From Vicugna vicugna (Eukaryota), in assembly GCA_013265495.1 (NCBI GenBank), contig MU058418.1, positions 2,134,917 through 2,198,916 of the forward strand: a stretch of 64,000 bases of DNA, in the 5' to 3' direction. Under the pieces are notes generated by a model. It was not told where the DNA came from and searched no databases. It worked only from the letters and a program-made list of their open reading frames with translations. This document shows positions 1 through 11,536 of this stretch, one piece after another. Every line of letters starts with the position of its first letter. Position 1 is the first letter of the stretch. A program made the position numbers and the translations under genes.

Positions 1-182
1 CCATTGCAAGCGCAGTGGAACAATTATCCAATTGACAGTGTAAAATTAAGCAAACTGAGTACAAATCCTACAAAGCATAATCACAGAGAATGGGAGAAGA
101 GACAAGAGCAGCCCCCTAAAATCCCACAAAGCGTAATCAAATACAGCTAGATAGAAAGCTAGCTTGCTAGCTATGTAGTTAC

Positions 183-363
183 CTTTCCTTTGTAATGTTT
201 TGCAAGCAAATTGCTAAGTGTTGTCTTCCCTGAAGACTGAGGTCCAAATATGAATACTTTAAATGGTGGTGCTGGCATAGGTGGAAGCAGATAGGGACGT
301 GGGTTCAATAAAAATGTTTTAAATGCTTCTTCTGATGAGAGACAGTATATCTTACCTAGAAAA
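183..363 (-). CDS. AK9: AK9 coding exon 11 (181 nt)
   Basis: FLGKIYCLSSEEAFKTFLLNPRPYLLPPMPAPPFKVFIFGPQSSGKTTLSNLLAKHYKGK contains the second P-loop; follows an 80-nt intron (364-443). Confidence 0.95.
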
Positions 364-443
364 CTTAAAATATACCATAATCATAAACAACTGAAAAGAG
401 GTATGGGCAAGTTTAAAAACTAAATTCTGAAAATCTTTCTTAC

Positions 444-583
444 CTTACAGAAAAATCTGGCATTCCTTGAAAAATGTTACCTTCTTTTAAAGCCACAGGA
501 CACATACGTCCCCATCTGCTTCTCTGCCATCTGTATCTTGGTGCAATAAGTTTATAGGATGCAAGAGCACGGAACAACTCGTC
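444..583 (-). CDS. AK9: AK9 coding exon 10 (140 nt)
   Basis: DELFRALASYKLIAPRYRWQRSRWGRMCPVALKEGNIFQGMPDFSV(S); CPV motif of the YHS-like segment; GTAAGA donor. Confidence 0.95.
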
Positions 584-1664
584 CTGTTAATAACAAACAC
601 AACATTAAAAGTGTGAGCATAAGTTCTGCTGAAGTTCACATTATTATTTCATTTCTTATTTGATAGTGCTTTACTATTTATAAAATATTTTAGAAAGAAA
701 ATTTTGGCTTTTTTCCTAATTGCAACTATTCTGCACTTGCCCAAATTTAATAATGCAAATTGTTTTCATTTCTGTTTTAATACTTTGTTTAAATTGTACT
801 GAGCATTTTCTATTGTAGGGTAGAATAAGCATAAGGTAGGTAGAGTGTTTTCTATTATCTGTTTCAGAAAACAGATTATGAAAAATTCTTATTGAAAAGG
901 TTTGAAACAGTACTGGATTCTTGTTAATTTATCTAAGTTTTAAAATAGTAAGGTGTTATATGCAGATCTGCATTGACTTAGCTCTTTCATTCTTCTTAAA
1001 TGTAAAGTCTCCCTCAACAACCCTCTGTTGGTGATCTCCGGAGAAGCTAAGAACTACTCCTCCATAGACTGCAGTCTGCTGAGAGGGTCACTGTCCTAGT
1101 GCTACCTTGGCAGGGGATGAGGGAACTCGGGGGAGATGGCATGGTGGGCAACTGCCAAGGGGATGGGTCCAGGCTGGCTCCCTCCAGCCTTCTGATGGGG
1201 ATTTCACAGGTGTGCTGGCTCCGGAGTTGACAGCAGAGAACAGATAAGAATGGGAGCTCTGGTGTTGCCTGCACCACTGCAACATTAGAAAGCAAAGAGG
1301 CAGGCCCATTGTGGGGATGCTGCATGGATGTTCCCATCTGAAGGCTAGAAGGAGCTAAATGGGAAGGAAATTGTCAATGCTCAGAGGAGCTGCATGAGAC
1401 TGAGAACCTTGTCGGTGGAACACATTGGGCTACCACCCTTCTCCAAAGTCCACAGACAATGATCCAGGGACTGAAACTACTGAGTTAAGTCAGGAGGCAG
1501 GCATTCTTTCCTTATTGTCTCTTTCCTGTCCAAACCGGGGGAAAGTGTTTGAATAGCAGACCATGCTCCTCTCTCAACTGGGGCCAAGTGTCTAGCAGGG
1601 GCTGAAGGATGATTAGAAGACAGATTTCAAATGAGTTTGATACTACCGTCTCAAAAATGATCAG

Positions 1665-2150
1665 GACTGCCTCTGGTTAAACAAGGCAGAGTGGACACAT
1701 GCATTTGTGTTTGTTGCTTTCCTAACACCTCGGGAAAATGACAGCAGAGGAATGAAAAAAGAAATGAACTCACAAGGACACAGAGAACGGGAGAAGAGAT
1801 TAGAGCAGCCCCAGCTACACACCTTTGTAAACTAGAAAGCCGGTGGACAAGTGGTAACCGAGATCCAAGAAAAGTGAAAGCTCAGTGCTGTGATGTCAGG
1901 CATGGGTGTGGGTGGGGTGAGGACAGCAACAAGCAAGCCAAGTCACTGCACAGTCCTAGCGAGGCTCAGAACCTTCAGTACCTCTGCAGCGGAATAGAGA
2001 GCAGAAGACAGGAGGATTGGCTGCAAATCTTTAAGAAGAGGTGCTAGTAGCCAGAGCCAATGCCCCATTTCACTCAGCCACCGCTCCTCCAGAAGACTTC
2101 AACCGGAAAGCTGGAGGCTTATTTTCTGGAAAGACTGAACCAGAGGATCT
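1665..2150 (+). mobile_element. Old L1 (L1M/L1ME-type) 5' UTR fragment
   Basis: ctctggttaaacaaggcagagtggacacatgc...cacaaggacacagagaacgggagaagag resembles ancient L1 5' ends. Confidence 0.5.
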
Positions 2151-2287
2151 TGCAAGAATGCATGTGTCCCTCCCACAATCCAGCAATTAAATAGTTAACG
2201 CCTGGCCCAGAAGAGGTTCTTTTTCAGCACTACTGCCAGCTTTGTGGTGGGTAGGTGAATGCCCCCTCACAGTATCTGCTAATTGGC

Positions 2288-2425
2288 CAGGCCGGGTATA
2301 AAATGAAAATACAGGGTCCTTGTTCTAAAGTTATCAGTGATTTCAAGACTGCAACTGCAGAGCAGTAAATTAATGGTGCACAGGGTCCTGCGTGACTGCA
2401 CAGGGCACTGGCCTATGAAGTGCCT
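2288..2425 (-). mobile_element. MER45A-like hAT-Tip100 MITE
   Basis: aaaatgaaaatacagggtccttgttc...tttcaagactgcaactgcagagca...gactgcacag...tatgaag is the reverse complement of the MER45A core. Confidence 0.6.
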
Positions 2426-2851
2426 CTGCAATACAGCTGTTAGATATCTTGAATTTTACCATTGGTTCTAAATACTTTGCAAGCATCAATTCATTTAACT
2501 TCTATAACACTTATAATAACAATATCTGGTAGGGACTATTATAGCTTTTTCAACAATCAAATAAAGGATAAGGTTAAACAGTCACAGATCTGGTTGGCTG
2601 TAGATCTGGAACTCAAATCCCTATCTGTCGGATTTGAGAAACCAATGCTCTTACTGTCTGCTGTGCTGGGTGCCAGCCTTCCTCTCATCACACACCCCTC
2701 CTTCCCGCCTCTCTAACAGCTCATCAGATGTTACAGCTCTCACACTCTTACTACAAAGTCTGAGTTCACATTAAAGTCTTTGTGCCTCTCTTATCCCTTC
2801 AAACCAAGGTTCTCACCCCTGGCTGGAGAGTAGAATCTACGAGGAGGTTTT

Positions 2852-3640
2852 TGTTTTTAAAATTGTGGTCAAATATATATACTATAAAACTTCCCACTTT
2901 GACGATCTTTAAGTTTACAATTCTGTGGCATTACGCACATTTGAAATGGTCTCAACCATCACCGCTATTCATTTCCAGAACTTTTTCATTAACCCAATCA
3001 GAAATGCTGTACCTATTGAACAATAACTCCCCGCTCCCAGCTTCTCCCTGCCCCTGGCAATCTGTTTTACTTCCTGTCCCTAGGGATTTGCCTATTCTAG
3101 TTACCTCATTTAAGTGGAATCATATAGTATCTGTCCTTTTGTGTCTGTTTTGTTTCACTCAGCATATTGTTTTCAAGGTTCGTCCATGTTTTAGTATATA
3201 TCAGAGTTTCATTCCTTTTTAAGGCTGAATAATACTCCACCATATGAATATACCACATTTTGTTTATCAATTCATGCATTGATGTACATTTTGAGTTGTT
3301 TCAACCTCCTGGCTATTGTGCATAAATCTCCTATGAACACTGGTATACAAATATCTGTTTAAGAGTCCCTGCTTCCAGTTCTTTTGGGTATATATCTAGG
3401 AATGTAACTGCTGAATTATATAGTATAGTAAGTCTGGATTTAACATTCTGAGGAACTACCAAACTCTTTTACTTAGTGGCTGTACCATTTTTCATCACAA
3501 GGATTACAATTTCTCCCCATTCTCAACAACATTTGTTATTTTCTGGTTTTTGGAATATTTATCTACCTGTCTTTTCATGTGTTTATTGGCCATTTATATT
3601 CTTTAGAGAAATATCTATTCAAGTCCTTTGTATTAGTTCT
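2852..3640 (-). mobile_element. L1 3' fragment (L1MB-like)
   Basis: Typical antisense L1 3' UTR/ORF2 end (ggctgaataatactcc, tataccacattttgtttatc, gaggaactaccaaac). Confidence 0.85.
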
Positions 3641-4109
3641 CTTAAAATCAGCTGCCTTTAGTTGAAGAGCATCCATTTAAAGTTCTTCAAAATACTCAGG
3701 AACTTAAAGATTAATCAACTTTGACTGGCCAGGGTCCTTCATGAAGTGCCCCAAACTTTAAAGTAGGGGTTTTCAAATTTAAGTGAGTACAGGAATCCCC
3801 TCTGGATGTCATAAAAATACATCTCTAGATCCCACCTTCAGACATTCTGGTTCAATCAGTCTGGGATATGGGCCTAAGGAATCTATATGTGCAGTAAGCT
3901 TCCCAGGTGATTTGGTGCTGATTTGGACTGCCTAAGGAATATGAATAATGACTCCAGTGTACAGTTACAACTTCTGCTCTTTTATGAAAAAGAGGGCAGG
4001 CATCTTTGGTCACATGTCCCATGAACTATAACCTTAGACCCATGCTTATGCTTGTAGTAATTTCTAAGGACAAACTTTCTAGCTGGGAAATTCTCCCAGT
4101 TGCTGCTGC

Positions 4110-5597
4110 TGTTGTTTTTAATACTGCTATATATTTTTAAGGATTTCTGTACACAGTATTTCCAGTGGTTGGTTTATAAGATTTTGATGCAAATTGTGAC
4201 CTTGTAGCATAGGAGACCCACTCCACAGGCAGCTGGAAATCGGCGTTCTCAACAGAGGTAACAGCTAGCTGTGTCGAGGGCCAGGGGCCCTGATAGTGCG
4301 GGATAGGTGGGGTGGGATCACATAGCTCCTTTTCCAGCATCGGGCAGGCGGCATCTGAATTAATCCTTCCTGCTAAGGACCCTCGTTGTTGGTCCCCATC
4401 ATGCCTTCCCTGAGGTTCTGTTGACGTACAAGCCACCCACAAAGCACCCTGGTCCCAGACCCCTGGTACCGCCTTTACCCCTGCTCAGAGCTCATTGTGG
4501 TGAGAGGGACAGACCCAGCAAATGCTTCTTTACCTTGTAGCCCATCTTCTTGGTCTTCTTCTCCAACATGGCATCTCTTTCTTTGCTCTTGATGACACGC
4601 TCCCTGTAACCAAAGCTCTCCTCATATTTCAGTTTTTGATGAGAAATTTCCAGCTGCTTCTGATACTGGTTATGCTTTTTGATTTTGGCTTCAAAGTGCA
4701 TAGCTCTTCCCAAAAGGGTTCCAGCTCCTTCTCAGTGAATCTGGCTGACCTGGCCAGGTCCCACAGATCCATCACCTTGGGTTCCTAAACCTCTGCCTGG
4801 GCGCCGTAGCCCTGGTGGCCGACTCCCTTGGGCGGTCGAAGCCCTGGCTCATGTCCCGCAGCTCGCCCTTCAGCTAGGCGCGTCTGCTCTGCAGCACGTC
4901 CTCCTTGACTCGGACCACACTGGCGGGACTGACGACGTTTTCGTGAATTTCTTCGGTCCTGCTCAGGATCTCCAGAAGGTCGTTACACTCCTGGACTTTT
5001 CCCCTGTGAGGCTGAAACTCTGGCCACAAGTTGTCCAATTCTTCGTTGAACTTCCCGGAGGTCTTCGCCTTGTGCCACAGCTCCTCCAGCCGGGGGTCCT
5101 CCAGGCTGTTGTCCTCGGCGCTGAGCAAGTTGCCGCTCACGGCCCCGTGCGTCCTTTCTCCAGTCTAGACCGTACTAGGCCCGGGTGACAGAGGCTACGG
5201 ATAAGTTCTGCTTCTTTCTCTCTGTCTTCATCGAAGCCTTTAGCCTTCAGTTTCTTCCACTTGGATTCGTGTCTTTATTTTGTATCTTCAGATCAGCATG
5301 GAGCTCGGACAGTTTCCACGCGAGAAAGATTACGCCGCTGGGCCATCTCCCACAGCTGGCTGGGCTCCTCCACTCGGAACTACCTGGGTCCCGCTTCTAG
5401 GGCGGCGGGCTGGCGGGGGCTGGGGGTGGGGGCGGGACTCGTCCTTCTCTCGCGAGGACTTGCCGCCATGACCCCGCGCGGGTCACCGCCCGAGAAGCTG
5501 CGGTGTCGGGAGTTTGCGCAGCCTGGCCCGCGCCCTCCGCGATGCCGCCTTCGGACGCTGAGACCCCGGGAACAGTGGGACGGAAAAGGCCCCAGGT
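4110..5597 (-). pseudogene. LRPAP1: Processed pseudogene of LRPAP1 (LDL-receptor-associated protein) in an AK9 intron
   Basis: Intronless and collinear with LRPAP1: GHGGKSSREK, LEDPRLEELWHKAKTSGKF, LSRTEEIHENVVSP, HFEAKIKKHNQYQKQLEISHQKL, and the ER-retention HNEL followed by TGA at 4485-4499. Disabled: ATG replaced by GCG (~5546-5548), in-frame TGA at 5483-5485, frameshifts. ATTAAA at 4117-4122. Ends approximate; no clear TSD seen. Confidence 0.93.
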
Positions 5598-6373
5598 TTC
5601 ACAGATATTTAAAAATTTCCCTTTCATTTCCTTTCCAGTGATGGCATAGAAGAGGCTAAGTATGCAGGCTCTGTGTGCACCAGGCCCGCCTTTCCTCCTC
5701 TTCAGCACTGTTAGTGTTACACACTGCAGCTATGTTCACCCATTAAGGGCTAGGGATTACACAGTGCAGGATAACAAAATGACCTCTTTCTTTAAAGATT
5801 ATTGTACTTGAATTATGATATCTGTTTATGCTTCTGGCATTAGTTCCCCCCCTCTTTCTATAGGTGAAACTAAACTTCCCAGAATAGATCAGATCCTCCA
5901 GTTTTAAGTCCTTTTGTCCCTTTTAGCACTTGGCAACTATAATTTGATCATCATCATATCCACAGTACCAGGACGAGGAACACAGTAATAATTTTTTTTT
6001 AATTTGTAATTTTAATTTAATTTTTTTATTTGATGGAATAATTGAGAGGATGAATGAGTACTTAGAAGAGTTGAGGTAAAGTTTTTATGTCTTAGCTGTC
6101 TTTGGTGCTGCAAAATTTTTAAACTGAACTTGGGTTTCTTTATTTCTCATTATTTCTGCGGTTGATTGTTCTGATTTTATTGTCTTTCTTTGCTTCAAAA
6201 CTTTTGTTGTGTTTAGTGTCTACGAGAATATGTGCCAATAATAAAGCTTCTTGAAAATCAAATCCATTTTTATAAAAGATATCCTGAGATGCTTTTAAAC
6301 CTTGAAAGGATACAAATTAAGGTCATAACATACAGTGAAACGGTAGACTTTCAAACAATTAAAAATAACTTAC

Positions 6374-6472
6374 ATTTTCCATTGTTTCATTAATTTCTTC
6401 CTCTGCACTCTGAAGTTTAGTTAACACAGCTGCTCTTTGTAGGTTCAGATATTTAAGTTGGTCCATAACTGT
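6374..6472 (-). CDS. AK9: AK9 coding exon 9 (99 nt)
   Basis: TVMDQLKYLNLQRAAVLTKLQSAEEEINETMEN; tttag acceptor, GTAAGT donor. Confidence 0.94.
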
Positions 6473-6544
6473 CTAAATTTAAAGAACAAGTCTTTACATT
6501 GACATTTGAACATCTCAAATATTCAGAAAAAGTCATGAGCTTAT

Positions 6545-7185
6545 GAGCTGGAATACTTCCTTGCTGTTCCTGGCTTCTGATAGTTTTCTGGCAATCTTTG
6601 GTGTTCCTTGGCTTGTAGGTGCATCGCTCCAATCTTTGCCTCTGTTGTGACATAGCCTTTTCTCCCTGTGTTCATGAGTCTTTTGTAAGGATACCAGCCA
6701 TATTGGATTAGGGCCCATGCTAATTCATGACGGCCTTATATTAAGTTGATTACATTTGAAAAGATCTTATTTTCCAAATAAGGTCACACTTAGATGTTGA
6801 AGTTTAGCTCCTGAACATATCTTTTTGAAAGACACAGTTCAACCTGTAAGAGCCTGCCCTTTGGTCCCTAAATTTTCATGCCTGTAGAGGTCTAGCTTTA
6901 TGGGACATCTTCAGGCAGAGGGGAGACAGCCATGTAAAGACAGAGGCAGATATTGGAGTTATCCTGCCACAAGCCAGAGGGTGCCTGGTGCTACCAGAAG
7001 CTGGAAGAGACAAGATGGATCCTCCCTGAGAGGCTTTGGAGGTTGTGAGGCTCTGCCAACATGTTGATATTAGACTTCTACCCTCCAGAACTATAAAAGA
7101 ATAAATTTTAGCTATATTTCAGTTGTTTTTAAGCTACTTAGTTTGTGGTCCTTTGTTATGACAGCACTAAGAAACTAATTCAGAC
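6545..7185. mobile_element. MaLR LTR (MLT1-type)
   Basis: ggattagggcccatgctaattc...aaataaggtcaca and ccacaagccagagg...ccagaagctggaagag...cctccagaactataaaagaataaa are MLT1 hallmarks. Confidence 0.75.
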
Positions 7186-7509
7186 ACTATGTGGAAGAAT
7201 ATGTAACACAGAATCTGAAATGAGAAATGGTAAGATAGACAAAGTCCTGATGGTATATTGCAGTCTATGGTAGATTGTGTTATTTGTTCACAATTCATCC
7301 TTTCTTCCCTTCCCTTGTTAATTCCCTAGTTTATGTGGGAATCCCTATCTCATTAGTATTGAGATTTTCCATGTAACTTGTTCTGGCTGATGGAATGTGG
7401 GCAGAAGTGCCAGGGTACCAATGTCAGCTGGGACCTTAACAGGCTTGGCAAGTTTCAACCAAGCTTGTTAGAGCTTCTGCCCTCGATTTTGAGGAAAGTG
7501 TCCCAGGCT

Positions 7510-9010
7510 TTAAAAAGTGTTCAAATTCTGGATATATTTTGAAGTCTGCTGTGTATGCTCATGGGTTGGACGTGGGATGTGAGAAAAAGACAAGAGCAGC
7601 TGGAAGGATGGATGTGACATTTACTGAGAGGAGAGAACTGTGAGAGGAGTGTATCAGGGGCAGGCTGGTGGTGATGGCGGATCAGGAGTTTTATCTTGCA
7701 CATTTAAATCTGAGATGACTATTAGACATCCAATTGGATATATTTAGTAGCAGTTGATTATACAAGTGTGAAAGTCAGGGGAAAGGTTTGAGATGGTAAT
7801 ATGAATGTAAGAGTTGCCAGCATTTAGAAGGTATTTAAAGCTTTGGGACTGCATGAAGTCTCCTAAGAAATGAGGGTAGACAGAGAAGAGAGCACAAGGA
7901 GTGAGCTCTGGGATCCTCCAACTCTGTAGAGATTAGAGATGCAAAGTGTAGGAGTAGAAGGAGCTATAGCAGTAGTGTGGGGTCCCAGAAGCCAAGGGAA
8001 GAATGGAGCTGGAAGGAAGATGTGATGAGCTGGGTCAAATATTGCTTCTAGGTGAGTTAGATGAAGACTGAACAGTGACCATGGGCTTTGGTCAGGAGAT
8101 CAGGGGTGATCTTAGCAAGTGCATATTCTAAGTGAGGAGCTTTTTCCTAATTTGGCTCCACCACCAGCGTTATTATTATGTGGCCACCAACCACATCAGA
8201 CTGAAAATCTGGGCATTGCTTTTCTCTCTCCCTGTACTCCTACATTGTCACTCACCACATCCTGTCATGTAAACTTCTTAAATCACTCCCAAGTCTGTCT
8301 TCTGTCCATTCCCACAGTTACTACCCTGGGTTAGGCCACTATCTCTTAACTTGATCTACTGCAAAAGTCAGCACTAGGCTTCCTCCCACCAGTCTGGTTC
8401 TCCTCAGCTTTCCCTTTGCACTGCAGTCTGAGTGATCTTTCTTAAATAGAAATAGGAGCATTTTCACTCTGGCTTAAAACCTTTCACTGGCTGCCCTCTC
8501 TCTCATGATGAGGTCTAAACTCTTTAAGATGGCTTACAAAGTCTTTCTTGATGCAACCTCTGCTTATTCGTAAAGTTTTGGCACTATCCCACCCCTCCTA
8601 CCCCATCCCCCCTAAAAACTCCTTCATTTTACAGTCTTACATTCAGTTCCTAGAACTTACTATGCTCTTTCTTGTCCCTGGGGCTTCATGCAGACTTCCC
8701 TCAGCCTGGAGCACTGTCCCACCTCCCTCCCCTCTCCCAGCCTTCACGTCTAATTCTTACTCATCCTTGGACTTTCAGTCTAGAAGTAATTTCAGACATA
8801 TAGCCTTCCTCACCAGACTAGGTTCTGCCCTTCTGCCATGAGCTCCTATAGTACCTTGACCTTCCCAGATTTAAACACAAATGGCCCTTTAAATATTTAT
8901 TTCCCCCCAATATATTGGATACTGCATGAGGGGAGGGACTGGTGGACTCATTTGACCCCTTCCCTTCTGTATCCCTAGAGCTTACCATAATGCCACACAC
9001 CTATTAGGTG
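7510..9010. mobile_element. LINE-2 fragments in both orientations
   Basis: Degenerate L2 motifs (tctgagatgactattagacatcca; gtgatctttcttaaa...cttaaaacctttcactggct). Confidence 0.6.
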
Positions 9011-9204
9011 TTAAAGAAATAGGTAATGTATTTTTGTATTATTTTATATTGTACTGTATATTTTTGCATTTAAAAATTTTTATAATGCAGATTATTTTGT
9101 ATTATTTTTGTATTTTATACTTTTGTCCTTTCTGGTTATTTTAGAACAATGAGTATATATAACTTTTAAAATCAGAATGAAGATATTTTCCAAAAAATCC
9201 CAAG

Positions 9205-9562
9205 TTTGTAGATACAGAAAGCATATTAGTGGCTGCCAGAAGTTGGGGGTGGGCAAAATGGGTGAAGGAAGTCAAAAGGTATACATTTTTAGTTATAAAA
9301 TAAATAAGTCATGCATATGTAGTGTGCAGCATTGTGACAATAGTTAATAGTACACTATTGCCAATTTGAAAGTTGCAAAGAGAGTACATCTGAAAAGTTC
9401 TTATCACAAGAAAAAAAATTCTGTAACTATGTATGGTGACAGATGTTAACTTAGACTTATTGTGATGATCATTTCACAATATATACAAATATCAAATCAT
9501 TATATTATATCCCTGAAAGTAATATAATGTTGTTTGTCAGTTATACTGCAATTAAAAAAAAG
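9205..9562 (+). mobile_element. L1 3' end (L1MA-like) with A-tail
   Basis: aaagttcttatcacaag...ttattgtgatgatcatttcacaatatatacaaatatcaaatcat...caattaaaaaaaa. Confidence 0.85.
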
Positions 9563-10277
9563 AATGAAGGTATTTTCATTTTGGGGGAAAAACCCCATAC
9601 CGTCTCTTCCTTACATTCTAAGTAGGAAGTTATCACATGAGACATATTTAAATGATGCATTTAGTATTGTTATCATAAGTAGAATTACTATTATTTTAGC
9701 CAAAAATCATGCATTAATTTTTCAAATTCACACATTAAAAAAAACCTTTCCAAAATATTTTTTGCTTTTTTATGATTATAAACAACTTGAACAAAAATCT
9801 TTATATCTCCATATATTTCTTTAGAGTAAATTAGAAGAAGTTGGGGTTCTTTGGATATACTATAGACATTTAAAAAAACTTTTGTATGTCCTATTATTTT
9901 CCAGGAAGATTGTGCTCCTTTATGCTCCTACCAAAGGGTATAAGGGCATTTCCCAAATGCTTCCCACAATCCTGGGTATTGAATAAATTTGTTTAAAAAA
10001 ATGCTGCTTTAGTCTTTATGCTGTTTGCATTTCTTTGATTAATAATTTGATTACAGAATTTTAAAAAATATTTATCACACATTTTTTCTAAATTACCTGC
10101 TCATGCCCTTTGCCTTTTTTTCTATTGAGATATTTCATTTTTCCGAGATAACAGAAGTTTAATATTTAAATAGTAAAAGATATTCAAGATTTGTTTATAA
10201 ACATGGAAACTATTTCCCCTCATTGTCATTTTTTTTCATAGTGAAAATAATATCATATTTCCAAATAGTCATATATT

Positions 10278-11215
10278 CTTTTTTAAAAAGCTTTATTGAG
10301 TTATAATGCATATACCATAGTTTACTCATTTAAAGTGTACAATTAAATGGTTTTTAATATATTCAGAGTTGCAACCATCACCACAATTAATCTTAGAACA
10401 TTTTCATCACCCTAAAAAGAAACCTTTTACCCATTAGTAGTCACTCCACATTTATCCCAGAATCTCCCATAGTGGTAAAGCCTACCGCCCAACCCCTGCC
10501 ATTAAGGAACCATAATCTATTTTTTGTCTTTATAGATTTGCCTATTTTGGACATTTCTTGTAAATGTAATCCATGTTATGTGATCTTTTGTGATTTTTCT
10601 TTCACCTAGCCTGTGTTCAAGTTTCATCCATATTGGCAGGGAGGGTATAACTCAGTGGTAGAGCACATGCTTAGCATGCACAAGTTCCTGGGTTCAATCC
10701 TCAGTGCCTCTACTAAAAAAAAATAGATTCATCCATGTTGTAGCATACGTCAATACTTCATTCCTTTTTATTGCTAAATAATATTCCATTGTATGAATAT
10801 ACCACATTTTATGTATCCATTCATCAGTTGATGGACATTTGGGTTGTTTCTGCCTTTTGGCTTTTGTGAATAGTGCTGCTATGAATATTCACATACACAT
10901 TTTCACTTGAACATTTATTTTCAATTCTTTGGGGTATATACGTAGGAGTTGAATTGCTAAGTCATGTGGTAGATCCATGTTTAACCTTTTGAGGAACTGC
11001 CAAACTGTTTTCTAAAGTGGCCAGACCATTTTGCAATCCAACCAACAATATATGAGGGTTCCAACTTTTCCATATCCTCACCAACACTTGTTACTTATTG
11101 TCTGTTTTTGTTTTTAATTTTAGCCCTCTTAGTGGATACGAACTGTATCTCATTATGGCTTTGGTTTGCATTTCCCTATGACTCATGTTAAGCATCATAT
11201 CATGTGTTGATTGGC
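10278..11215 (-). mobile_element. L1 3' fragment interrupted by a SINE
   Basis: Antisense L1 3' UTR/ORF2 end; the sequence resumes after the SINE at the duplicated ttcatccat(a/g)ttg. Confidence 0.85.
10636..10727 (+). mobile_element. tRNA-derived SINE (Vic-1-like)
   Basis: gggagggtataactcagtggtagagcacatgcttagcatgcacaagttcctgggttcaatcc with A and B boxes, A-tail, and 13-bp TSD at 10623-10635 and 10728-10740. Confidence 0.9.
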
Positions 11216-11461
11216 TGCTATCTGCTTTTACTTTTCTTCAAGGCACTTTGTCACATGGAGATTTTAAATTCGAATGTAATTCTGATTTAAATATGGACAG
11301 ATGACTAAATACCACATCAAAACTTTGTGTCAAAATGAATTTTTTAAAAAATAAGTGGTATAAAAATGTAAATTTCTTTCTGATGTTTATTAAGTATAAT
11401 CTAGTCAATACTTTTTTGATTTTCCAAACTGTGGCATATTCTTTCTGAGCATTGCACTCAC

Positions 11462-11536
11462 CCTGAAGAGCTCCTCTGGGGGCTTATTTCCATCTAGCTC
11501 AATGAGATACTGAGAATTGTGTTCAGCCATTATTTC
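11462..11536 (-). CDS. AK9: AK9 coding exon 8 (75 nt)
   Basis: EIMAEHNSQYLIELDGNKPPEELFR; ctgcag acceptor, GTGAGT donor. Confidence 0.94.

Noticed and set aside
4492..5140. Track ORFs 4492..4713 and 4874..5140 as a functional LRPAP1-like gene
   Set aside because: They are fragments in different frames; the start codon and signal peptide are destroyed, there is an early TGA, and HNEL is out of frame with the ORF.
10636..10715. tRNA gene calls for the A-box/B-box sequences
   Set aside because: A-tails, TSDs and divergence among four copies identify them as SINEs; the acceptor stem is not intact.
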